From positions 1 to 33,531 of IMG/VR virus record IMGVR_UViG_3300037461_000242: DNA of 33,531 nt. The stretch is one strand, 5' to 3'. The stretch comes from a virus (lineage: Duplodnaviria > Caudoviricetes). A program made the translations under genes and the position numbers. The notes below the pieces were generated by a model. The model was not told the origin of the DNA. It saw nothing but the letters and a program-made list of their open reading frames with translations, and did not search any database. Each line of letters starts with the position of its first letter. Position 1 is the first letter of the stretch. This document shows positions 22,838-32,915 of the stretch, in pieces.

Positions 22838-23308
22838 ATGGAAAAAGAGCAAGCCATTCGAATGCTGGGCTTTCGTGATCCGAAGGGGACTCTGGTAGAC
22901 CCCACCACCGTACTGGATCTCAGCAAGACCTACCGCGTGTGCCTGTCTGCTGAGAACGGGTCTTGGAAGCCCACAGGAGAAGAGCTGTCAAGGCTCGGAG
23001 GGATTCTCCAGGATCTCGGGATCAAGGGTGGAATATATGCGGAGATGGGAACGGGAGGCACCTCCTTCTTCAACAAGGGAGGCGTCGTCATCTGCCGTTT
23101 CGTGGAGTCCCGGGTAGACGCACCACCTCCTCCCAAGAAGGCGGAGCCCGCCCCCGCCCCTGTTCTGCCTCCTGCTCCTGCCCCTGCTCCGGAGATCGCT
23201 CCCGAGGAAAAGAAGGCGGTCCAGGAAGTGGTAGAGGTCGCCAAGAAGGACCCTGAGGGCGCGGTGTTCTCCTCCACGCAGCCGCACAAGAAAAAGAAGA
23301 AGTTCTAG
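22838..23308 (+). CDS. hypothetical protein with Pro/Ala-rich linker
   Basis: AGGAG SD; immediately upstream of terminase. Confidence 0.7.
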   Translation: MEKEQAIRMLGFRDPKGTLVDPTTVLDLSKTYRVCLSAENGSWKPTGEELSRLGGILQDLGIKGGIYAEMGTGGTSFFNKGGVVICRFVESRVDAPPPPKKAEPAPAPVLPPAPAPAPEIAPEEKKAVQEVVEVAKKDPEGAVFSSTQPHKKKKKF

Positions 23309-23314
23309 CCTACC

Positions 23315-25408
23315 ATGAAGAAGAAGAAGGGAAGGGCAGAGCGGCAGGTCCACACCAAAGGCGGCGCCGCAGGCGTCCAGGCCCCTTCCAAAGCACCAAG
23401 CCACAGTCAGTTCGACCTGATCGACCCTACCTCCCTTCTGCTGGAGGCGGTATCCAACGGGCTCGAAGCTGGATGCGCTGACATCGACGACAGGGAGATC
23501 CCCCGAGCTTCCAACGTCGTTGAGTGGCTGACCTCTCCCAAGTTCCTCAACATCAGACCCTTCCCCAAACAGATCGAAGACGCGATCCACATCTTCTCTG
23601 CTGCCTGTTACATGTGCTCGGACACCGACTTCTTGGTCAACATCCCCATCGATGAGAAGCTGGGGAACATCATGGACCGGACAGTCCTGATGAAGAGGGG
23701 GAAGTGTCCTCGGTGCGGTCGCACGGTTCCCGAGATGCGGCGGGAGTGGTGCCTGGATCCAGCCAACTGCTACGGGGGTCGGATCAAGCCTTCCCCTCCC
23801 AACGACGTGGTAGCCCTCGAAGGTCAGCGGTCAGGCAAGTCCACCAAGACCGCGATGTACGCGACCTACGTGCTCCACCGCTTCCTCATGCTCCCAAACC
23901 CGGGCAAATACTTCGGGCTGCTGGAGAGCGTGGGAGCGCTGCACAGCACATTCGTGAGTGTCACCACCACCCAGGCATGGGAGAACCTCTGGCAGCCCTT
24001 CTCAGACCTCATTGACACCTCTCCCTGGTTCCAGAAGTACCACAACTGGCTCACAGAGAAGGGTCAGGAGGTAGGGGCAGAGCTATGGAACAAGCCGGAC
24101 ACCTATCTCTGGTACGCCCACAAGCGGCTGGGGCTCTCCTTCGCGGCGGCTGACCAGCGAACGCTGCGTGGTCGAACTCGTTTCATGGCAGCGGTGGACG
24201 AGATCGGGTGGTTCGGAGCAAGCAAGGACCGGACCGGAACCTCTCGTGTGCGCGCGGACGGGGACGGAACCGTTCGAGCCCTGGACCGCAGCCTGGCCAC
24301 CATCCGTCATGCAGCTACGAAGAAACGAAAGAAGGGTCTGGACGCCCCTGACGCTTATCTCTTCACGATCTCCAGCCCCAGCTCTGCGACCGATCCGATC
24401 ATGCGGCGGTACAAGAAGGCTGAGAACTCGCCGCGCATGTACTACATCAAGCGCCCCACCTGGGAGGCGAATCCTACTTTCACCGAGGAGTCGCTGCGAA
24501 CTCAGGAGGGGGACAGCTTCGAGCGCGACTTCCAGTGCGACTTCGCGGTCAACCCTCCATACTCCGACGATCCGTGGTGGGAGAACGAGTCAGCCCTACT
24601 GGGTCTGTGCTCCACCCGTGACGTGGTTCTCTGGACCGGGGCACCCGAAATCATGAGGGACCCCACAGGGGACGCCCTTCGCTGGCTGTTCTACAAGTTT
24701 AGCGCTCTGAGCAAGGACAAGCACACACCCCGTTGCCTCTCCTTTGACACTGGGCTCAGGCACAACAGCTTTGCCTGGGCAGTTGGAGGGCTAGACAAGG
24801 GGTCTGACACCGTGGTGGTGGAGGACGTAGGGGAGTTGTCTCCAGGACCCAACGAGAGGATCCATCACGGACTTCTCTGGGATCACGTGATCAAGCCTCT
24901 GGTCGAATCGATGTGCTTCTACCACGTCGTTTGGGACCGCTGGGAGTCAAGCCGCTACGTGGCGGACCTCCGGACGAAGTACAAGATCCGGTCGGAGCAA
25001 TACAGCGCCACGATGAAGGACGGGAAGAACCTCCGCTCAGACATGCTCAACTCGAAGATCCTCCTTCCGAAGCCGGAGTGCTCGATCCAGCAGCTCCCCA
25101 TCGGAAATCAAGTTGAGCTAGCCCGGCGCCCTCGGGCTCACCTCCTTCTTCAGTGCATGACCGCCCGGGATGGAAACGGGCTGCCCCTGAAACCCGAAGG
25201 CGGAAACGATGATCTTCTCCGCTCCGTACTTCTGCTCCAGACCTTCATCCGGGACAACGCCGACGTGTACGGTCGCCTCTCTCGCTACAGCTCTCGGGCG
25301 GTAGGCATTGGAGTGGGCGGGCGCGTCATAGGTGGGATGCCCGGACGCGGTGCAGGGGTAGTCATGGGAAACGGTGGAAGAGCCATCGGAATCGGCCCGC
25401 GTTACTAG
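23315..25408 (+). CDS. terL: terminase large subunit
   Basis: Walker A GQRSGKS, Walker B AAVDE, coupling motif ISSP, PTWEANP, nuclease acidic residues SFDTG/WDRW/NDD; N-terminal CxxC pairs. Confidence 0.9.
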   Translation: MKKKKGRAERQVHTKGGAAGVQAPSKAPSHSQFDLIDPTSLLLEAVSNGLEAGCADIDDREIPRASNVVEWLTSPKFLNIRPFPKQIEDAIHIFSAACYMCSDTDFLVNIPIDEKLGNIMDRTVLMKRGKCPRCGRTVPEMRREWCLDPANCYGGRIKPSPPNDVVALEGQRSGKSTKTAMYATYVLHRFLMLPNPGKYFGLLESVGALHSTFVSVTTTQAWENLWQPFSDLIDTSPWFQKYHNWLTEKGQEVGAELWNKPDTYLWYAHKRLGLSFAAADQRTLRGRTRFMAAVDEIGWFGASKDRTGTSRVRADGDGTVRALDRSLATIRHAATKKRKKGLDAPDAYLFTISSPSSATDPIMRRYKKAENSPRMYYIKRPTWEANPTFTEESLRTQEGDSFERDFQCDFAVNPPYSDDPWWENESALLGLCSTRDVVLWTGAPEIMRDPTGDALRWLFYKFSALSKDKHTPRCLSFDTGLRHNSFAWAVGGLDKGSDTVVVEDVGELSPGPNERIHHGLLWDHVIKPLVESMCFYHVVWDRWESSRYVADLRTKYKIRSEQYSATMKDGKNLRSDMLNSKILLPKPECSIQQLPIGNQVELARRPRAHLLLQCMTARDGNGLPLKPEGGNDDLLRSVLLLQTFIRDNADVYGRLSRYSSRAVGIGVGGRVIGGMPGRGAGVVMGNGGRAIGIGPRY

Positions 25409-25464
25409 AGACCCGCACAGTTCCTGGCTTAGTTTCCCTCCGAGCCTGCTCGGAGTGTGTACCT

Positions 25465-25836
25465 ATGAAAAAAGCATCCTCAATCATCAAGAACAGGGTG
25501 GTCAGCGAAGACCTGACGAAGTGGGTGGACTCCTACTTCAGCGGTCAGTACGTCCACCCCGAAACTCGCAAGGACGTGATCCAGGCTCTCAAGACTGCTG
25601 GGTTCTCCAAGGGAGTTCCTCGTGTACAGAACAGCCTGGCGATGAAGGTCGCTCACGCGATCATCAAGAAGACGCTTCCGGTCATCGCAGAGGCCAGAGT
25701 CGCTGCCGTCGTCAATGCCACCAGTGCGTGCCCGCGTTGCGGGAGCGCGATGGTCACCGTGGGACTCGCGAACGGCGCGAACGGGCGCTACTGCTCGAAC
25801 GTGAAGTGCCGTGTCAGCGCATGGGTCTCCGAATAG
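25465..25836 (+). CDS. protein with C-terminal zinc ribbon
   Basis: CPRCG...YCSNVKC. Confidence 0.7.
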   Translation: MKKASSIIKNRVVSEDLTKWVDSYFSGQYVHPETRKDVIQALKTAGFSKGVPRVQNSLAMKVAHAIIKKTLPVIAEARVAAVVNATSACPRCGSAMVTVGLANGANGRYCSNVKCRVSAWVSE

Positions 25837-25851
25837 CCTTAGGACACAGCC

Positions 25852-27900
25852 TTGTTTTCCATCTCGCGTAAGCGTGTAGGCGGACCAACTCTCAAGACGG
25901 GACAGATCCGTGGGTCCTCCACTGTCGGAACGATGAGACAAGCTGGAGGAGACTACCCTGCCCCCATGGGGGGTGGTGGTGGGATCCCCACCTCCAGATC
26001 CCAGACATACACGCAGCTCACTCCAGTCACCGAAAGGCTGGAGCGCGGAACGGTTGCCCACGACTGGATCCCGCGAGACACCCGGACGCTCAATCGGGTG
26101 GTCAGGCTGATCTATCTGACAGACGCTGTAGCAGGCCCCGCCATCGACTTCTACCGTGAGGTCCCCTTCGGACCCGTGGTGCTCGGTGGGATCAAAGACG
26201 AGAACAGGCTGAGGTACTACTACGAGGCTCTGGACAACCTGAAGCTCCAGCGGCACCTCCCTTACCTTGCGGGTGACCTCCTCGTGGTCGGGCGACTCAT
26301 CGTTCACATGCTCATGAACGAATCAAAGGGCATGTGGGAAGAGATGATCGTTCACGACTCCGACTACATCATGGTGGAGCCCAGCCCGATCCTTGGGGAA
26401 GAGCCGACCATCGATCTGATGGTCCCACCAGGTTACCAGAAGTGGGCGGTCTCTCCAGACCCCCGCATCGTCAAGCAGAGGTCTCGTCTCGATAAGAACC
26501 TCGTTCGTCTCATGGCGGCGGGAACCACGATCCCTCTGAGCCCTGAGAACACGATCTTCATCCCCCGCAAAGCCAGCGCCAACGACTACACGGGGACCTC
26601 CCTCCTGATGCGGATTCTCCCGATCATCTCCATCGAGTGGGCGTACCTCAACGCCGAGGTCACGGGCCTCCGGCGCCGCGCTGCTCCCTGGACCATTGCC
26701 AAGATGGGCATCGAGGACAAGTGGGAGCCTTCTCCTGAGGAGATGCAGGCGGTCCAGGACATGCTGGTCGCCGCTGAGGAAGACCCCACGGGAGCCAAGC
26801 TCATCCTCAGAAACGGAATCGAGATCGACCAGGTGGGAGGTCACTCGGATCTGGCCAAGTGGCTCGAACAGTGGCCCGTGCTGAAGGAGGCCAAGCTCCA
26901 GGGCCTGGGGATGAACGAAGCCTTTGCCACAGGAGAAGCTTCCTGGTCCTATCTGGAGTCCATGCTCTCCCTGGGAATGGAACGTATCCGAAACTTCCGT
27001 CAGTTCATTGCTCTGGAAGTCATCCAGGAGGGAGTCCTCGCTCCCCTCGCCAAGTACAACGAGTTCTACAAGCGCACCCGAGCAGAGATTGACCACAGGA
27101 TCCGCACCACCAAGAAGGCGGTCGAGAACCTGGACATTCCCAGCGTGGAGTGGAGTCGGTCGCTACAACCCACGGCTGACCGCGACTATCTGGACATCTT
27201 GGAGATGCTGGAGGGCAAGGGCCTTCCGGTCAACCTGCGAAAGTGGGCGCAGGCAGGCGGCTACGATATCGACGAAGCCTTGGAGGGTTCCAAGTCTGAC
27301 CTGGAACTACGCAAGCGCCTCGCAGACTACAAGAAGCAGATCGATGCCGTCTCCGGACCTACCCCGGACCAAGAGGGAGAAGAAGGTGGTGGTGGAGGAT
27401 ATGGGGAGGGGAGCTTCAACGCGATCACCGAGCGTTTGGCGGAACTACCGATCTGGCAGAAGTGCGCTGGAAACGAGTTCTTGTCACTGAGGCGTGGGGA
27501 ACTCCCACAGCTAACCCGCTACTTCAAGCTCAACGGAACCAAGCCCGGACTCAAGGAGTGGAAGAGGGTCGAAGCCCGGATGCTGGATGACGGCATTCGC
27601 ATGTCCAAGATTGCTGCCTTCCGCTACCTCCTGACCCGGGCTGGCGTGATCTCTCTGCCCCTTCCTCCCACAGCAGCGGTCAAAGTTCGTGACCACCTCA
27701 TCCGCGAAGCCAATGGGAAGGCTCCAGACCGCATCATGATGAAAGAGATCTACTGGATCAATCATGAGCTGGAGCGACAGAACGTGGTGGAGCCCGAGCG
27801 GGTGGTCGCCAACGTAACACCAACCCTTAGCACTGCACCGTGGGTCCGTCCTGCGGGGCCTAAGCTCCTGACTGGCGACGGTTGGGAGGGCGAGAGCTAG
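25852..27900 (+). CDS. portal protein (putative; start uncertain, possibly ATG 25933)
   Basis: size and position between terminase and protease; helical portal-like segments (AGPAIDFY, GTSLLMR, PSPEEM). Confidence 0.7.
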   Translation: MFSISRKRVGGPTLKTGQIRGSSTVGTMRQAGGDYPAPMGGGGGIPTSRSQTYTQLTPVTERLERGTVAHDWIPRDTRTLNRVVRLIYLTDAVAGPAIDFYREVPFGPVVLGGIKDENRLRYYYEALDNLKLQRHLPYLAGDLLVVGRLIVHMLMNESKGMWEEMIVHDSDYIMVEPSPILGEEPTIDLMVPPGYQKWAVSPDPRIVKQRSRLDKNLVRLMAAGTTIPLSPENTIFIPRKASANDYTGTSLLMRILPIISIEWAYLNAEVTGLRRRAAPWTIAKMGIEDKWEPSPEEMQAVQDMLVAAEEDPTGAKLILRNGIEIDQVGGHSDLAKWLEQWPVLKEAKLQGLGMNEAFATGEASWSYLESMLSLGMERIRNFRQFIALEVIQEGVLAPLAKYNEFYKRTRAEIDHRIRTTKKAVENLDIPSVEWSRSLQPTADRDYLDILEMLEGKGLPVNLRKWAQAGGYDIDEALEGSKSDLELRKRLADYKKQIDAVSGPTPDQEGEEGGGGGYGEGSFNAITERLAELPIWQKCAGNEFLSLRRGELPQLTRYFKLNGTKPGLKEWKRVEARMLDDGIRMSKIAAFRYLLTRAGVISLPLPPTAAVKVRDHLIREANGKAPDRIMMKEIYWINHELERQNVVEPERVVANVTPTLSTAPWVRPAGPKLLTGDGWEGES

Positions 27901-27902
27901 CC

Positions 27903-28646
27903 ATGCCTGAAATCCGTGGGTACACCTTTGAGAGAATCGTCATGGGGTCTGTGGTTGCTGCCCAGAGAACCTGGGAGGGGCGCCGCCTCAGCTCAGAGAG
28001 CGACCGAAAGGGTAACCGACGGCTCGTTACCGCTGGCGTGCTGGAAAACACCCCGGTCATCGACATCTCCTGGCTCAAGGCAGCGGCTGAGGTCTATGAC
28101 CTCAGCGCCAACCCCAAGGACTACGTGTTCGTCGAGGTTCCCGCCAACAACGCGGACCTGCCGAACCGCAACATGGATGCCTTCCCCTACGATGAGTTGG
28201 TCAAGTACCGCCCAATCCTGGGGCGGCTCGCCTACAAGTCCTATCGCGGGAAGATGTGCAGCCAGAACCATGACAACAAGGACCCCGCCAAGGCCAAGGG
28301 GCTCTGTTTCGACTCCCAGATGACGAAGGACGGGAATTTCTGGCACACGAAGGTCATTGCAGGCTTCTGCCGCCAGAAGGACGCCAAGCTCGCCAACCGG
28401 ATCCTGGCTAATAAAGACGCAGGCTACAGCATGGCGTGCCTCATTGGGGGCGCCTCCTGCTCGGTCTGTGGATTCTTCTCTCAGGGCAACGTCACCTGCC
28501 GCCACATCAACGGTGGCCTCGGCAAGGGAACTGTTGTCAGTGGCAAGCTGGTCTACGACCTTTGCCGTGACCTCAACTTCTGGGAGCTGGCCCACGTTGA
28601 AGACCGCGCAGACATCGATGCGGTCAAGGACTGGGTACGAGGATAA
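27903..28646 (+). CDS. prohead maturation protease (putative)
   Basis: NRNMDAF, NHDN, YSMAC...CSVCG...CRHI, FWEL pattern of large-phage head proteases; follows portal. Confidence 0.75.
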   Translation: MPEIRGYTFERIVMGSVVAAQRTWEGRRLSSESDRKGNRRLVTAGVLENTPVIDISWLKAAAEVYDLSANPKDYVFVEVPANNADLPNRNMDAFPYDELVKYRPILGRLAYKSYRGKMCSQNHDNKDPAKAKGLCFDSQMTKDGNFWHTKVIAGFCRQKDAKLANRILANKDAGYSMACLIGGASCSVCGFFSQGNVTCRHINGGLGKGTVVSGKLVYDLCRDLNFWELAHVEDRADIDAVKDWVRG

Positions 28647-28648
28647 CC

Positions 28649-29023
28649 ATGGCAACCAAGATCGTCAAAAGAGGAAGCAAGTTCGTCCGCGCGAGCGTCC
28701 AGGGAGCCCGCCAGGTGCAGGCCCAACACCGAGACCCTGACAAAGTGGCCGAGGCTCTGCTGAAAGCAGAAAAGGCTGTCTACAACATGCGGGGGGTGGG
28801 CGGCTACACGCAGGCGTGGGAATGGCTCGGTGACATGCTGCGAGATGCTACGGGGCTGTCGGGCAGCTTCTACCAGGACGCGAAACTCACAGAGCTGAAA
28901 GACAAGCTCTACAAGCTCGACCATGAGCTGATGAACGTCACTCCCTACCTGAACGCTGCCGCCAAGCGGATCAAGAAGGAGCACGCTGAGAACGAGAAGA
29001 AGAAGCAGGAACGCGGCTACTAG
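28649..29023 (+). CDS. hypothetical protein, possible head component
   Basis: GAGG SD; within head module. Confidence 0.65.
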   Translation: MATKIVKRGSKFVRASVQGARQVQAQHRDPDKVAEALLKAEKAVYNMRGVGGYTQAWEWLGDMLRDATGLSGSFYQDAKLTELKDKLYKLDHELMNVTPYLNAAAKRIKKEHAENEKKKQERGY

Positions 29024-29038
29024 GGTTAGGATCACGCC

Positions 29039-29281
29039 ATGAAACTCCGTACTTTGGTCCGCATAGCTCAAGAAAGTGACCAAGGCACCCCTGACTTCGA
29101 TCAGAACGAGATCGAGATGGGGACCAAAGTGGAGATGGAGCACAAGGGCACCATCGAGTGGCTGAAGAAGAACTGCACCACCGCTTCGATGGATGAGATA
29201 GCGCGTCGCATCGCTCAGGACCACCTCCGCGAGCTGCCAGACTACTACACGCGCCTGAAGAAGATGGAGAGTGAAGGGTGA
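29039..29281 (+). CDS. DUF5661-like protein
   Basis: EIEMGTKVEMEH...IA.DHL.E.PDYYTRL..ME. Confidence 0.75.
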   Translation: MKLRTLVRIAQESDQGTPDFDQNEIEMGTKVEMEHKGTIEWLKKNCTTASMDEIARRIAQDHLRELPDYYTRLKKMESEG

Positions 29282-29724
29282 GACTCCAAGACTTCATTCG
29301 CGCCGCCCGAGCCTCCACCCATCTTGTCCGGCAGGCGGAGTTCAAGCCCGAGGACTTCATCCCGAGCAAGAACAAAAAGGAGATCCCCAAGACAGGGGAC
29401 CCCCATCCCAAGGGAGGGGTATACCTGCACCGTGTCAGCCTCCAGGCTGTTCGGGAAGCTCTCCCCTTCCTCTTGAACGAGGGTGTTCGGGTGGGTCGGG
29501 TGATGAAGGTGGGGATCCCCAACCCGGGCCAGAAGTGGATCGTGGAGGTCAGCAAGGCGGGGACGAACTCCATGACCCAGAACGACAAGGGTGAGTGGAC
29601 CCTCAACCCCTATGGGGGCGTTCCTGGGGCTCTCGTGGTCTACACAGAGGGAGATCAGATTGTGTGGACGGGGGAATCTTACGACTGCTGGGACCACGCG
29701 CTCCTGGCCTACTCGCAGGGCTAG
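29278..29724 (+). CDS. hypothetical protein (MRLQDFIRAA motif)
   Basis: GTGA overlap. Confidence 0.65.
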   Translation: MRLQDFIRAARASTHLVRQAEFKPEDFIPSKNKKEIPKTGDPHPKGGVYLHRVSLQAVREALPFLLNEGVRVGRVMKVGIPNPGQKWIVEVSKAGTNSMTQNDKGEWTLNPYGGVPGALVVYTEGDQIVWTGESYDCWDHALLAYSQG

Positions 29725-29726
29725 CC

Positions 29727-29972
29727 ATGAAGGTATCGGAACTCTGCAAGACACAGGACGCTGGCAATCGCTGGGGGCAGATCCGCTCTCAACGTCGCGC
29801 CCGAAAGATGCGTGACGCTCTTGGGGGCATCAAGACCGCCACGGACGAGCTGAAGAAGCTAGCACAAGGAATCGAGCATCGAGAGGACGCGAAGACTTTG
29901 ATCGAAGAGCTTCGGTCCCTCGTGGAAAAGCTAACATCACGCCTCTTGGAAGTAGAAGAGGCTGAGGGGTAA
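29727..29972 (+). CDS. small coiled-coil protein (MKVSEL motif)
   Basis: ATG 2 nt after previous stop. Confidence 0.6.
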   Translation: MKVSELCKTQDAGNRWGQIRSQRRARKMRDALGGIKTATDELKKLAQGIEHREDAKTLIEELRSLVEKLTSRLLEVEEAEG

Positions 29973-30112
29973 GTAGACGGGTTCTGCATCCGCCTAGCTC
30001 CTGTAGTCTTACTGATACACAAGTGTGCTCAAAAGTGGGTTAGTTATAGGAAGACTGTTCACTGACTCATTGAGCACGGAACGCTGCAAACAGCGTCACT
30101 CGGAGGAAAACC

Positions 30113-31606
30113 GTGAGCGCACGACTGCTAGCCCAGATTCGAAAGGCGGATGCTACCCCGGCAGCGACCCCAGCCCCCAAGAAGGACCCTGAGGTCGTGG
30201 ACAGCATCAAGAGTCTCTCCAACGACGCAGAGGAAGTCTCCGCGTTCCTGCGCAACCTGCTGGACATCAGCCAGGGCAGGACCGCGACCTACCTCGCGCA
30301 CATCAAGGCGTACTTCCCCCGGCTCTGGAAGGAGCTGAAGGTCGTCGCAGCGGAGGAGGAAGCTCCTCCTCAGGCTGAGGACGATGAGGAGCCCGTCGAG
30401 GTCCCGCCCGCTGCTCAGGACGAAGAAGTCGAAGAGCTGGACGAGGAGATCGAGGAGCCCGTAGGCGAGGGCGAAGAGGAAGAGCCTGTCGCCGAAGACA
30501 CGTTCCCACCCGCTGCTCAGGACGAAGAAGTCGAAGAGCTGGACGAGGAGCCTGTCGCCGAGGACATGCCGCCTCCGGAAGCTCAGGAGGAAGAGCAGGT
30601 CGCCGAGCCCCCCGCAGCCGAGGGCGAAGAGGAAGTTCCCCCGGTGGGCGAGGGCGAAGAGGAAGAGCCTGTCGCCGAGGACTCCGAAGAGGAGACCGAA
30701 GGTCAGGAAGAGGAAGTCGCGGTCGAGCCCGTGGTGGACCCGGAGGAGCTGGAGCAGAAGGAAGGCGCCGCCATCGACATGGTGCTCTTCGGTGCTGGCA
30801 CCCTCAACCCCCACTGGTCCGTCTTCGCGGACGGGAAGCCCCTGGCGGAGATCCAGCTTCAGGACCAGGAGAACCCCGAGGCGATCAAGGACGTGTTCAC
30901 GTCCGAGGACTACCCGAAGCACGTCTCCGAGGCATGCTCCAGCTCCGTGGGCGTCCGTGGCACCCTGGAGTCCCTGCGGGCTCGCTGGTATCACGGGGTC
31001 GTGACGAGCGGCAAGGCAGTCGAGACCGCTCGTGAGGCAGCCTCCCAGGACATGGAGAACGAGTACGCTTCGCGGCTCGCCTCCCTGAAGGAAGACCTCC
31101 TCAACACCATCAACCTCGCCATCACCGCCAGCAACAAGGGTCGGAAGGGTCTGTTCGTCGAGAACACCCTGAAGAACTCCATCGTCGAGGTGATGCGTCA
31201 GGCTGGCGTGATCAACGCCCGCCAGGTCGCCTCCGAGGTGTGGGTCGAGGCCAGCCAGCAGTACATGACCAACATCCTCAAGGTCGCTGAGAAGTGGATG
31301 GGGTACAGCCCCGAGACCATGAGTGAGGTCACCAAGGAGATCCTGGGCACCGACGTGATGCCGGATGCCGAGGAAGTGGACCCCGAGGATGAGGTCGAAG
31401 AGGCGATGGGGGAGACCGACGCCCCGAGCGTCCCGCAGCTTCAGCAGACCCAGGCTCGCAAGGCTGGTATGGGCATGGTCAACGTCCCGATCAGGACCTC
31501 GACCGTCCGAGCGCACATGCCTGAGGATTACCGTCATGACACCGCAACCCGCGTGGCGACGACTCTTTCGCGCCGCATGGGCATGAGGAGGACTGGCGGT
31601 CGGTAG
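30113..31606 (+). CDS. acidic scaffold / prohead core protein (putative)
   Basis: long Glu-rich tract and helical C-half; GGAGG SD; position between protease and capsid. Confidence 0.7.
   Translation: MSARLLAQIRKADATPAATPAPKKDPEVVDSIKSLSNDAEEVSAFLRNLLDISQGRTATYLAHIKAYFPRLWKELKVVAAEEEAPPQAEDDEEPVEVPPAAQDEEVEELDEEIEEPVGEGEEEEPVAEDTFPPAAQDEEVEELDEEPVAEDMPPPEAQEEEQVAEPPAAEGEEEVPPVGEGEEEEPVAEDSEEETEGQEEEVAVEPVVDPEELEQKEGAAIDMVLFGAGTLNPHWSVFADGKPLAEIQLQDQENPEAIKDVFTSEDYPKHVSEACSSSVGVRGTLESLRARWYHGVVTSGKAVETAREAASQDMENEYASRLASLKEDLLNTINLAITASNKGRKGLFVENTLKNSIVEVMRQAGVINARQVASEVWVEASQQYMTNILKVAEKWMGYSPETMSEVTKEILGTDVMPDAEEVDPEDEVEEAMGETDAPSVPQLQQTQARKAGMGMVNVPIRTSTVRAHMPEDYRHDTATRVATTLSRRMGMRRTGGR
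30407..30678 (+). repeat. internal duplications in scaffold gene
   Basis: 42-bp repeat 30407-30448/30509-30550 and 32-bp repeat 30464-30495/30647-30678. Confidence 0.85.
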
Positions 31607-31679
31607 TTTCTGCGCCTGGTGTGGTCCAGGTTCTAGTCTTAACAAGGGATAACCGGAAGAAACCAAAGAGGAAAGAACC

Positions 31680-32462
31680 ATGTCACAGCCAGTTCGTACT
31701 CGTCCAGGCGCACTGACCCAGCACAAGATCGACCGCACCCGGTCGGCCTGGGACAAGCTCATCGAGGTTCCGCTGAAGTCCACCAACGCCTACACGCAAG
31801 AGGGCGACTGCATCGTCCTTGGCAGCGAGGCGGGGACAGACTACGCGGTCTATGACCGCAGCGCTGGCGTCGCGAACGAGAAGTTCGCGGGCGTCGCGAT
31901 CAGCGACTACCGCAGGATCACCGACTTCGTGAAGTGCGAGACCACCGTGGTCCCCACGGTCGCTGCCTTCACCTTCCAGCTCGCCAAGACCACCCCGGTG
32001 GCTGGCAGCTTCTTCCTTCAGGATGCCGCTGGGACCGTCATGACCGACGTGTCCCCGGGCGCCCCCGCCAGCGTCAACCAGTACAGCGTGTCCGCTTCGG
32101 GACTCGTGACGTTCCATGCCGCCAAGGCAGGCGTCACCATCAGCCTGATCCGGTACACCTACATCCCGACGGTCCGCGAGATGAACGCGATCTTCTATCA
32201 GCGTCCCCTCGTGGCCCAGGGCCAGAGCCTGCTCCAGCAGGTCGCCATCGCGGTCGGGCACGTCCAGATGTTCACGACGGGCTACGTCTCGGCCAACACC
32301 TTCACCGTGGGCTGCCGGGTCTACACGGGAGCAAGTGGCAAGTTCACGACGACCACGACTGCGGTGCAGGTCGCGGGTGTGGTGATCAGCCTCCCGACCG
32401 TCTCCGACGTGTACCTGGGCGTCGCCTATGACTCCATCGTCCCGGGCGTTCTGACCTGGTAG
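31680..32462 (+). CDS. virion structural protein, head-decoration-like
   Basis: beta-rich Thr/Val/Gly composition, EKFAGVA, VYTGASGKFTT, G.VI.LPT...YLGV; upstream of capsid. Confidence 0.65.
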   Translation: MSQPVRTRPGALTQHKIDRTRSAWDKLIEVPLKSTNAYTQEGDCIVLGSEAGTDYAVYDRSAGVANEKFAGVAISDYRRITDFVKCETTVVPTVAAFTFQLAKTTPVAGSFFLQDAAGTVMTDVSPGAPASVNQYSVSASGLVTFHAAKAGVTISLIRYTYIPTVREMNAIFYQRPLVAQGQSLLQQVAIAVGHVQMFTTGYVSANTFTVGCRVYTGASGKFTTTTTAVQVAGVVISLPTVSDVYLGVAYDSIVPGVLTW

Positions 32463-32489
32463 TGAACTGCTGATCGAGGAGCGCTTCCC

Positions 32490-32915
32490 ATGGGTGCTTT
32501 GGTAGACCGTCTTGCACAAGCCATCGAGGGACTGCGAAGTGTGCAGGCCCGCCTGATTCAGGCTGGGAACGATGCGGAAGTTGTGTCACTTCAGACAGCT
32601 CTGATTGACCCTCTTCAGAACCTCTCCCTGGATCTGGATGGGTCCCCTGTGGACATGAAGTCCGAGGAGATCGAGGCGGCATACGTGGAGGCCCGTGGGA
32701 AGCGTCGAGGCAAGGCAGTAAAGGTCAGGATGTCATGGTCCTGCTGCCACGAACCCCATGCAACGGTGACCCGAAAGGGATCGAAAATCTGGGTCGCTGA
32801 CTGCAAGTGGAAGAAGGGTGATCGGACCGGGCAGGTTCCTCGGAGAATCGCCGAGGGTGACTCGCCCAAACCCCAGCGGTTCAAGCTGGGTGGAAGAGTG
32901 ATGAAACGCTGCTGA
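32490..32915 (+). CDS. hypothetical protein
   Basis: GAGGAG SD. Confidence 0.6.
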   Translation: MGALVDRLAQAIEGLRSVQARLIQAGNDAEVVSLQTALIDPLQNLSLDLDGSPVDMKSEEIEAAYVEARGKRRGKAVKVRMSWSCCHEPHATVTRKGSKIWVADCKWKKGDRTGQVPRRIAEGDSPKPQRFKLGGRVMKRC

